From: an uncultured bacterium
Lineage (GTDB): Bacteria; Fidelibacterota; UBA2242
Length of the DNA stretch: 64,000 bases
Assembly: GCA_964441235.1 (NCBI GenBank)
Contig: CAYTUQ010000002.1
Span: 1,705-65,704 of the forward strand
Direction: 5' to 3'
The notes beneath the pieces are model-generated. The model had not been told where the DNA came from and ran no database searches. It was given only the letters and a program-made list of their open reading frames with translations. Shown here piece by piece: positions 37,035 to 44,277 of this stretch. The first letter of the stretch is position 1. Every line of letters begins with the position of its first letter. Both the position numbers and the translations under genes were made by a program.

Positions 37035-39439
37035 TAATTTCAGAAGCAAAATTTTCAGAAGCTTATACCAAACTAAGATTTGATGCTGAATATTTTAAAA
37101 CAGAATTCATTGAAACACGATATAGATTAGAAAAAATTAATGCATCCAAACTTACTTCTATTGCTGAAATATCAAAATTAAGGAGGGATCCTACAAAAGA
37201 ATCGGATAAAGAATTTATATACATTGATATAAGCAATATTGATACATCTGTTGCTGATGTCAGTACACAGAAAATAATAGGTTATAAAGCACCAACAAGA
37301 GCGAGAAAATTAGTTCAAACAGGAGATGTTATAGTATCTACTGTACGACCGAATAGAAATGCCGTCGCAATTATACCAAAAGAATTAGATAATAGCGTTT
37401 GTTCTACAGGCTTTTGTGTTTTAAAACCGACGGAAGTAAATTTGCATTATTTGTTTGTTTTCTTAAAAACAAAATATGCAATAAATCAACTAGTAAGAGA
37501 AACTATGGCTTCTATGTATCCCGCAGTTAGTGAAGATCAAATTAAAAAGATATTGGTGTTTTTACCATCTTTTGAATTCCAGTTTCACGTAGAAAAACTC
37601 GTCAAAGAAGCATTTTCAAAACGAAAACTTGCTGATGAAAAATACAAACAAGCAAAACAACTTTTAGAAAAAGAATTAGGACTTGATAAATTAAAATTAA
37701 AAGAAGAAAAAACATTTGAAGCAAAATCATCAGAACTATTTGGAAGTAGAAGATTTGATTCTGAGTACTACAAGCCGAAGTGCAAACAAATCATAAGGTT
37801 TCTTAAAAATTCTGGGTTTGAAGTAAAGAAATTAAAAGAGATTGTAAAAATTTCAAATAAGAAAATTGACCCAACAAAGGAGCCAACCAAAAGGTTTAGA
37901 TATGTTCCAATAGCAAAGATAAATTCAAATGGAGAAATTGATGAGTGGGATGAATTTAATGGTTGGCAGGCACCAAGCAGGGCAAGAATGCTTATTAAAA
38001 AAGGGGATGTTTTAGTCTCATCATTAGGTGGTTCGCTTAACAAAATAGCATTAGTTCCTGAAGAATTAAATAATTCAATTGCTACAACAGGAACCTTTGT
38101 CATCAATTCTGAAAACTTTTATAGTGAATTCTTATTTTTATTATTCAGAACAGAACTAATCAAATTGCAGTTGGAGCGGAAAACAGCAGGTGCAATAATG
38201 ACTGCTGTTCCTAAAACAACTTTTGGAAATTTACTAATTCCAATTATTCCAAAACAAAAGCAAGAAAATATTGCAAAATTAATAAACCAATCTTTTACTT
38301 TGAGAAAAGAAGCAAAACAACTTTTAGAAGAGGCAAAAGAAAAGGTGGAAAGTATGATAGAAAATCCTTTAGAAATCTCTGAAACCCAACCCGTTCTCCG
38401 TAGTCCTGATAAAATTGGGACGAAGGGTGAACCTGAGATTATTATCCCTTTTCCTATTCCTTCAAAATTAATAAGCCTTAAACCGCCTGTCAAAGTAAAA
38501 TATAAAGATTACCAAATGCTTGATGGTTCAATAAAGAAATTGGTTCAACAAATAGGAGATGGTTCAATCATTAAAAGATTTGAAAAAACACCAATACCTA
38601 AAAGTAAAATAGATGTAGTTTGTCCTCATTTTCTTGAATTAAAATGGGCAACAGGATGTCCTTATGATTGTTCCTGGTGCTATCTGAAAGGAACTTTTAG
38701 ATTCTTGCCGTATAAAGCGAAACCACATATTAAGGATTTTGATAAGATAGAAAAACATACAAAGACATTTTTGGAATATGTTCAAACTCCTGAAGTATTA
38801 AATACAGGTGAGCTGGCAGACTCACTAATGCTTGAAGTAAAGAATAAATCATTTGTTAAGTTTATTGTTCCACTTTTTGAAAACCAAAATAAGCATAAGA
38901 TTCTCTTTTTGAGTAAATCAAACAAAATAGAAAATCTTTTATTACTTAATACACATCGTCAGGTTATAGTAAGTTTTAGTCTTAATGCTATTCCTGTGGC
39001 ACAAAGATGGGAAAAGAAAGCACCTTCAGTTGAAGACCGCATAAAAGCAGCAGGGATTCTATACAAACAACGATTTGAAGTAAGGATAAGGATAGACCCA
39101 ATGATCCCTGTGGAAAACTGGGAGCAACTTTATACTGATTTAATAGACCGCATATTTAATTCGTTTATACCTGAAAGAATTACTTTAGGTTCTCTTAGAG
39201 GATTACAGAGTACTATCAATGGAACATCAGATAAGTCCTGGGTAAAATATCTATCTGAACGCTCAAACTGGGGAAGAAAAATAGATATTAATTTAAGGCT
39301 TGCTATGTACAAAACAATTATCTCTTATTTAAATGAAAAGTATAAATATAATAAGGTCGCTCTTTGCAAAGAAACTTTGGCAATTTGGGATATACTAAAT
39401 ACGAATTATAAAAATATAAAATGTAATTGTGTGTGGTAG
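37031..39439 (+). CDS. hsdS: Type I restriction-modification specificity subunit (two TRDs) fused to a C-terminal radical-SAM-type (CX3CX2C) domain
   Basis: - aa 1-~440: two TRDs (RFDAEYF...STGFCVLKP...; RFDSEYY...TTGTFVINS...) separated and followed by the conserved S-subunit coiled-coil spacers (EKYKQAKQLLEKEL; EAKQLLEEAKEKVESMIEN).
- aa ~440-500: Pro-rich linker.
- aa ~500-802: VVCPHFLELKWATGCPYDCSWCYLKG (CX3CX2C), then an alternating beta/alpha pattern (ILFLSKSN, VIVSFSLN, RIRIDPMIP) reminiscent of SPL/COG1533-type radical SAM enzymes. Confidence 0.75.
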   Translation: MIISEAKFSEAYTKLRFDAEYFKTEFIETRYRLEKINASKLTSIAEISKLRRDPTKESDKEFIYIDISNIDTSVADVSTQKIIGYKAPTRARKLVQTGDVIVSTVRPNRNAVAIIPKELDNSVCSTGFCVLKPTEVNLHYLFVFLKTKYAINQLVRETMASMYPAVSEDQIKKILVFLPSFEFQFHVEKLVKEAFSKRKLADEKYKQAKQLLEKELGLDKLKLKEEKTFEAKSSELFGSRRFDSEYYKPKCKQIIRFLKNSGFEVKKLKEIVKISNKKIDPTKEPTKRFRYVPIAKINSNGEIDEWDEFNGWQAPSRARMLIKKGDVLVSSLGGSLNKIALVPEELNNSIATTGTFVINSENFYSEFLFLLFRTELIKLQLERKTAGAIMTAVPKTTFGNLLIPIIPKQKQENIAKLINQSFTLRKEAKQLLEEAKEKVESMIENPLEISETQPVLRSPDKIGTKGEPEIIIPFPIPSKLISLKPPVKVKYKDYQMLDGSIKKLVQQIGDGSIIKRFEKTPIPKSKIDVVCPHFLELKWATGCPYDCSWCYLKGTFRFLPYKAKPHIKDFDKIEKHTKTFLEYVQTPEVLNTGELADSLMLEVKNKSFVKFIVPLFENQNKHKILFLSKSNKIENLLLLNTHRQVIVSFSLNAIPVAQRWEKKAPSVEDRIKAAGILYKQRFEVRIRIDPMIPVENWEQLYTDLIDRIFNSFIPERITLGSLRGLQSTINGTSDKSWVKYLSERSNWGRKIDINLRLAMYKTIISYLNEKYKYNKVALCKETLAIWDILNTNYKNIKCNCVW

Positions 39440-39451
39440 AAAGGAAAGATT

Positions 39452-40549
39452 ATGTCTATTAAAGAAACAATATGGAAGATTGAACTGCACACACAGGCAA
39501 AGCATGAAATACTAAAGCGGTATCTTCAAGCGTGGCTTCCAATAATGAGTACTGTTAGTGGGCGTATTTTGTATATTGATGGCTTTGCAGGTCCAGGAAA
39601 GTATTTAGACGAAAATAATCAGCCAACTATTGATGGCTCTCCACTTGTGGCTATGAATGCAGCAATAAAGCACAAGTTACCGCTAAAGGCGGAGATAGTA
39701 TTTCTTTTAATTGAAGCAGACCCTAAAAGATTTGACTATCTTAAAAATTTGCTTTCAGAAATAACTTTTGCAGATAGTATGAAATATAAAGTAGTATGTA
39801 GTAAATTTGATGAAACTCTTACATCTATTCTAAACGACTTTGATGAGCAGAAGAAACAATTAGCTCCAACTTTTGCATTCATTGACCCATTTGGATATTC
39901 CGATACACCTCTTGCAGTTGTTAAACGAATAATGGAGAGCCCAAAGTGTGAGGTCCTTATTACATTTATGTATAGTTTTATAAAAAGAGCTATTGTCAAA
40001 CTCGACCAAGAAGATCATCTAGACATTCTTTTTGGTACCCAAGAATGGAGAAAAATTCGAGATATTGGTTATCCTTCAAAGAAACGAGAATTTGCCCAGC
40101 AACTTTATAAAAAACAATTGGAAAAGGAAGCCAATATAAAATATGTGCGTTTTTTTGAGATGATTAATAAGTTCAATCAAACTGAATATTTTTTATTTTT
40201 CGGAACTAATAGTCTTGAAGGACTTAGATATATGAATTCGTCAATGTGGAAAGTTGATCCGAGTGGAACATTTCAATTTTCTGATAGAACAAATCCTAAT
40301 CAAACAGTGCTCTTTACTCTAGAGCCTAACTATAACTTACTTAAAAGATTAATTGTCAGAGAATATAAAGGTAAAACGGTCTCAGTTGAAGAAGTTGATG
40401 AATTTGTATTAGTGGCTGGTTTCACTCATTTCAAAAAGAATATTTTGGAACCTATGGAAAGAGCAAAACCTGCTCAGATAGAAGTGATTAAGAGTAATAG
40501 GAAGAGAAGATATACTTATCCACCAAGAACTATAATTAAATTTTTGTAA
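39452..40549 (+). CDS. TcmP-like (three-Cys-motif partner protein family) protein, possible RlmJ-like methyltransferase fold
   Basis: 365 aa, 12 nt after the fusion gene and preceded by AAAGGAAAG. HTQAKHEILKRYLQAWLPIM, RILYIDGFAGPGKY, DGSPLVAMNA and FAFIDPFGYSD match my recollection of TcmP (TIGR04474) N-terminal halves. The same motif order occurs in RlmJ-type methyltransferases. Confidence 0.5.
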   Translation: MSIKETIWKIELHTQAKHEILKRYLQAWLPIMSTVSGRILYIDGFAGPGKYLDENNQPTIDGSPLVAMNAAIKHKLPLKAEIVFLLIEADPKRFDYLKNLLSEITFADSMKYKVVCSKFDETLTSILNDFDEQKKQLAPTFAFIDPFGYSDTPLAVVKRIMESPKCEVLITFMYSFIKRAIVKLDQEDHLDILFGTQEWRKIRDIGYPSKKREFAQQLYKKQLEKEANIKYVRFFEMINKFNQTEYFLFFGTNSLEGLRYMNSSMWKVDPSGTFQFSDRTNPNQTVLFTLEPNYNLLKRLIVREYKGKTVSVEEVDEFVLVAGFTHFKKNILEPMERAKPAQIEVIKSNRKRRYTYPPRTIIKFL

Positions 40550-40643
40550 AAGAATTTAAAACATATTTTGATACAAAAATTAAATTTAATATCAGGTCAG
40601 TTTTAAAGTGAAATGCTAAATAAAAATTAAGGTGAGGAATAGG

Positions 40644-40922
40644 ATGAAGAAAAATCAGAAAACTGGCTACCAATATGAAAAATCTCAAGCAAAAAAACAC
40701 CGAGGTAAACATCTTGGTGGCCCAGGAAAACCGGATTATCAAAGAGGTAAAATTAAGGGTGAAGTAAAAGACTGGAAACATCCCGTACATAGCGGAGTAA
40801 TTAAAAAAGCCATAAAAAATGGTGTAAAAGAAGTTGTAAGTAAAAGTGGTTTCACAAAACCAGCTATACAATTGGCTAAAAAGAAAAATATAAAATTTAT
40901 AAGACGAGGAAAAAAAGTTTAG
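40644..40922 (+). CDS. Mini restriction-endonuclease-like (Mrr_cat / PD-(D/E)xK) protein
   Basis: ATG at 40644 follows AAGGTGAGG. 92 aa. GYQYEKSQAKKHRGKHLGGPGKPDYQRGKIKGEVKDWKHPVHSGVIKK...VVSKSGFTKPAIQLAKKKNIKFI follows the Mrr-catalytic-domain order (G..yE...D...E-x-K...sGFT..A...A). Confidence 0.5.
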   Translation: MKKNQKTGYQYEKSQAKKHRGKHLGGPGKPDYQRGKIKGEVKDWKHPVHSGVIKKAIKNGVKEVVSKSGFTKPAIQLAKKKNIKFIRRGKKV

Positions 40923-41087
40923 AAAAAAATATAATTCTCCTATTCAGTCATTATAAATAAGATAAAAAATTTCTTATTTATAATGCAAATTTATTAGAAG
41001 CAATTGTTACTAAAAATCTTATTATTATGAAAAAAACATAGACATTTAGAGATTTGCCGATATAAGAGCAATAAATAGCATAAATGC

Positions 41088-41168
41088 AAAAGAAAAGCAA
41101 AATAGCTTTTTGAAGAAGCAAAAAGAAAAATTGAGAAGATGATTTTAAGATCATCTACAAGAAAATGA
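41088..41168 (+). pseudogene. Remnant of an hsdS 3' end (conserved C-terminal coiled-coil), copy 1
   Basis: ...KRKAK*LFEEAKRKIEKMILRSSTRK* aligns at nucleotide level with the intact RKEAKQLLEEAKEKVESMIEN region (38304-38366). The CAA codon is replaced by TAG. Confidence 0.65.
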
Positions 41169-41524
41169 CTTTATTTATAGAGAACAAAATGAATAGAGAT
41201 AAAAATATCAGAAAAATAATTTCAAGAATGGTAGAGAAAATCAAAACTGAATATCAACCAGAAAGGATAGTTCTCTTTGGTTCTTATTCTTGGGGAAAGC
41301 CAACAAGGGATAGTGATGTAGATTTACTTATTATTAAAAAGACAAATGAAAGACATTTAGAGAGAGCAATTAGGGTTAGAGAAATTGTTGATAAAGAAAA
41401 CCGAATGGTTCCACTAGATATTGTGGTATATACTCCACAAGAGCTCAAACAGAGATTGAAAGCAAGAGATTGTTTTATAAAAACAATATTAACAAAAGGA
41501 GATGTAGTTTATGAACAAGAATGA
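41165..41524 (+). CDS. MNT-type nucleotidyltransferase (type VII TA antitoxin-like)
   Basis: RIVLFGSYSWGKPTRDSDVDLLI is the minimal nucleotidyltransferase GS...D.D motif. Overlaps the downstream HEPN gene by 14 nt. An alternative ATG lies at 41189. Confidence 0.85.
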   Translation: MTLFIENKMNRDKNIRKIISRMVEKIKTEYQPERIVLFGSYSWGKPTRDSDVDLLIIKKTNERHLERAIRVREIVDKENRMVPLDIVVYTPQELKQRLKARDCFIKTILTKGDVVYEQE

Positions 41525-41894
41525 AGCATTTAGATGGTTCAAACGAGCTCAAAAAGATATTGAAGATGCAGAATTCCTCTTGAAAGAAAGCCGAACTTTA
41601 GAAAATGTAGCACTCCTTATTCAACAAGCAATTGAAAAATATCTCAAAGGATTCATAATATATCATGATTGGGAATTGGAGAAAATCCATGATTTGATAA
41701 CGCTTATTAACTATGCGAGTAAAATTGACAAATCCTTTGAGAAGTTTGTTCCTTCTCTCAGAATTATCACTAATTTCTATTTTGAAAGCCGCTATCCTAT
41801 TACCTATGAACCAGATTATACAAAAGAAGAAATAAGAGAATCTCTTAAAGAAGCAAAGAAACTTATTGCTCTAATTAAAGAAAAAGTAAAATAA
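41511..41894 (+). CDS. HEPN-domain protein (type VII TA toxin-like)
   Basis: 127 aa, all-alpha. A..D...A..L...........QQAIEKYLKGF...H.L and a FESRYP motif typical of HEPN partners of MNT. Confidence 0.8.
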   Translation: MNKNEAFRWFKRAQKDIEDAEFLLKESRTLENVALLIQQAIEKYLKGFIIYHDWELEKIHDLITLINYASKIDKSFEKFVPSLRIITNFYFESRYPITYEPDYTKEEIRESLKEAKKLIALIKEKVK

Positions 41895-42008
41895 TGCTTT
41901 GATTACTTGTTCAATCCCCTGAAGCAACAAGAAGCAAAGCAACTCTTAGAAGAAGCAAAAAGAAAAGTTGAGAAGATAATGGATAGAGAAAGTGATAAAA
42001 ACAGGTAG
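41895..42008 (+). pseudogene. Remnant of an hsdS 3' end, copy 2
   Basis: Immediately after the HEPN stop: CFDYLFNPLKQQEAKQLLEEAKRKVEKIMDRESDKNR*. The EAKQLLEEAK.KVE..M core is nearly identical to the intact hsdS spacer at 38304-38366. Confidence 0.7.
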
Positions 42009-42013
42009 GAAAA

Positions 42014-43051
42014 ATGTTTAAACCCAAATTTACATACACAAATAAAATTGTAAGGTTGCTTACCAGAATATCTGCAGCGAGAGAGATAATTCTTAATTCG
42101 CCTTTGATCCCGGGGTGGAATGTTACATTAAGGCAGGAAGCAATAATCCACAGTGCTCATTCGTCCACGCGTATTGAGGGAAATAGATTATCATTGGAAC
42201 AAGTAAGCGAATTATCTCTTGGAAGAGAAGTAATGGCGACTCGAAGAGATAAACAGGAAGTTTTGAACTATCTGAATGTGCTAAAAAATATTGATAAGCT
42301 GATAAAAGGAAATTCTATAAGTGAGAAAGATATCTTAAATATTCACCGTATGGTAACAGAAGACACATTAGACAATTCTAATGATTGTGGGGTTTATCGT
42401 AACCGTTATGTTGTGGTTGGAAATAGATTTACAGGGGAGATTTTCTTTAAGCCACCGCAAAATGAGGATGTTCCCGGGTTAATAGAAGATTTGATTGAAT
42501 GGATAAACTCTGAGGAATCAAAATCACTCGAGCCTGTTATTGAAGCGGGTATTGAGCATTATGAATTTGTCAGAATTCATCCTTTTGTTGATGGTAATGG
42601 GAGAACTGCAAGAGTTCTGGCAACTTTGATTCTCTACATGCGAGATTTCGACACAAAACAATTTTTTTGCCTTGATGATTATTACGATTCTGATAGACAA
42701 GCATACTATTTAGCATTACAAAGTGTTAAACAAGACACATTAGACCTGACAAACTGGTTGGAATATTTTGTCGAGGGAGTAAGTGTAAGCACTGAGGCTG
42801 TCAAAGAAAGAGTGATAAGGTTAAGTAGTGAGAGACTGAGAAGATCAAAAGGCGGGCAAATAGCTTTAACCGAAAGACAGATAAGAATTGTGGAATTTAT
42901 TAATAAAAATGGTAAAATAACTAATAGAGATGTACGGGGAATGTTTAAACTTTCGGATGAAGGTGCATTGAGAGAGATTAAAAAACTAATGGTGTTGAAA
43001 GTTATTCAAAGCCAGGGTAAAGGGAGAGGGTTGCATTATGTCCTTAAATAA
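42014..43051 (+). CDS. Fic-family protein (AMPylase-type) with C-terminal wHTH
   Basis: HPFVDGNGRTARVLATL is the Fic motif HxFx(D/E)GNGRxxR. Fic_N-like N-terminus (STRIEGN). C-terminal LTERQIRIVEFINKNGKITNRDV is a wHTH. Confidence 0.9.
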   Translation: MFKPKFTYTNKIVRLLTRISAAREIILNSPLIPGWNVTLRQEAIIHSAHSSTRIEGNRLSLEQVSELSLGREVMATRRDKQEVLNYLNVLKNIDKLIKGNSISEKDILNIHRMVTEDTLDNSNDCGVYRNRYVVVGNRFTGEIFFKPPQNEDVPGLIEDLIEWINSEESKSLEPVIEAGIEHYEFVRIHPFVDGNGRTARVLATLILYMRDFDTKQFFCLDDYYDSDRQAYYLALQSVKQDTLDLTNWLEYFVEGVSVSTEAVKERVIRLSSERLRRSKGGQIALTERQIRIVEFINKNGKITNRDVRGMFKLSDEGALREIKKLMVLKVIQSQGKGRGLHYVLK

Positions 43052-43122
43052 GGTTGGCGATTAGGTTGGCGATTAGGTTGGCGATTAGGTTGATGATTAG
43101 GTTGATGATTAGGTTGATGATT
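43052..43122. repeat. 12-bp tandem repeat, 6 units (AGGTTGGCGATT x3, AGGTTGATGATT x3)
   Basis: Read directly. The array starts at the Fic stop codon. Confidence 0.95.
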
Positions 43123-43254
43123 TGACAATTTTATTTTGTCTAAATTTACCCTACAACGTCATTTGTCGCAGACATCTCTTTGAGATAGCAAATCAGGCAA
43201 ATGCCTGATATAGTTCGTACCATCAACTGTAAATACTACATCCGGTATATTTAA

Positions 43255-43318
43255 GGGGGTGTGATAGAATGAAGTTTTCACTCAGTCAACTTACTAAAGG
43301 TTATATTATCACACCCCC
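43255..43318. repeat. Second copy of the GGGGGTGTGATA / TATCACACCCCC inverted-repeat pair (40-nt spacer)
   Basis: GGGGGTGTGATA at 43255-43266 and TATCACACCCCC at 43307-43318. The flank AACTTCATTCTATCACACCCCC (reverse complement of 43255-43276) resembles 6492-6513. Confidence 0.8.
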
Positions 43319-43360
43319 TAAATTTTTATATTACGTAGTAGGGTTAATAGTGGTGTAATA

Positions 43361-44200
43361 ATGAAACGATTATATTTTCAAAGAAATCTTTTTAGAATCC
43401 TTTGCATACTACCAGTTCTTATCTTCTTCTCATTTACTTCTGCTGCTCAGATAGATACTGTCGAAATTAAAAGTGAAGCGATGCAGAAGTCGCCAAAAGC
43501 GGTTGTAGTATTGCCTGAAAAATATTTAAGCAGCGACAGCAATTTCCCCGTACTCTATCTCTTACACGGTTGGAGTGGATGTTATGGGGATTGGAGCAAG
43601 CATATAGATTTGCGTCCTTTAGCGGATGAATACAATTTGATAATTGTCTGTCCTGACGGCGGTTATGCCGGCTGGTATATAGATAGTCCTCTGGTTGAAG
43701 ATTCTCAATATGAAACCTATATTTCCAATGAAGTGGTTGCTTTTGTTGATAAAAATTATAGAACAATTGAAAAGACAGATGGCAGGGTGATTTGTGGTTT
43801 AAGTATGGGTGGGCATGGTGCGATTAGTCTGCTTGCCAAACATCCTGATATTTACTGTGCTGCGGGAAGTATGAGTGGCGTAATGGAATTGACTTCATCA
43901 AGTAAAAAATACGGGCTTACTAATTTGCTTGGTGATTACAGGACGAATAAAAATAAGTGGAGAAAGAATTCTTGTATTAATTTGGCTGGTAAATTAGTTG
44001 GGAAAAATAGAGGAGTTATTATTGATTGCGGTGTAGATGATTTTCTCGTTAAAGGTAATAGGAAAATGCACAAGAAACTTCTGAAATTGAAGATAGAACA
44101 CGATTATTATGAGAGAACGGGGAAACACAGTTGGAGCTATTGGACAAATGCTCTGGAATACCATATTTTATTTTTTAGCAAGTTTTTAAGGCATGAATAG
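43361..44200 (+). CDS. Secreted esterase-family alpha/beta hydrolase (esterase D / putative-esterase family)
   Basis: Signal peptide. YLLHGWSG..., nucleophile elbow GLSMGGHGA, C-terminal H in GKHSW. Typical of the PF00756-type esterase pattern. Confidence 0.8.
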   Translation: MKRLYFQRNLFRILCILPVLIFFSFTSAAQIDTVEIKSEAMQKSPKAVVVLPEKYLSSDSNFPVLYLLHGWSGCYGDWSKHIDLRPLADEYNLIIVCPDGGYAGWYIDSPLVEDSQYETYISNEVVAFVDKNYRTIEKTDGRVICGLSMGGHGAISLLAKHPDIYCAAGSMSGVMELTSSSKKYGLTNLLGDYRTNKNKWRKNSCINLAGKLVGKNRGVIIDCGVDDFLVKGNRKMHKKLLKLKIEHDYYERTGKHSWSYWTNALEYHILFFSKFLRHE

Positions 44201-44277
44201 TAATATGAATCTTTTTATCAGAGAAAAAGGAATCATTTTACTTATAGTTTCAAAATCAGATCAATTTGAGGAATAGT

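Noticed and set aside
37031-39439. Possibility that the HsdS-radical-SAM fusion is a frameshift or assembly artefact joining two genes
   Set aside because: Not adopted as the primary reading. The frame is continuous for 802 codons with a plausible Pro-rich linker, and there is no internal SD/start signal near the domain boundary. It remains the main caveat and is listed under would_refute for that finding.
34213-43051. Search for a canonical HsdR (SF2 helicase/translocase) to complete a type I RM system
   Set aside because: No DEAD/helicase motifs were found in any frame of the island. The locus is therefore reported as HsdR-less rather than as a standard type I system.
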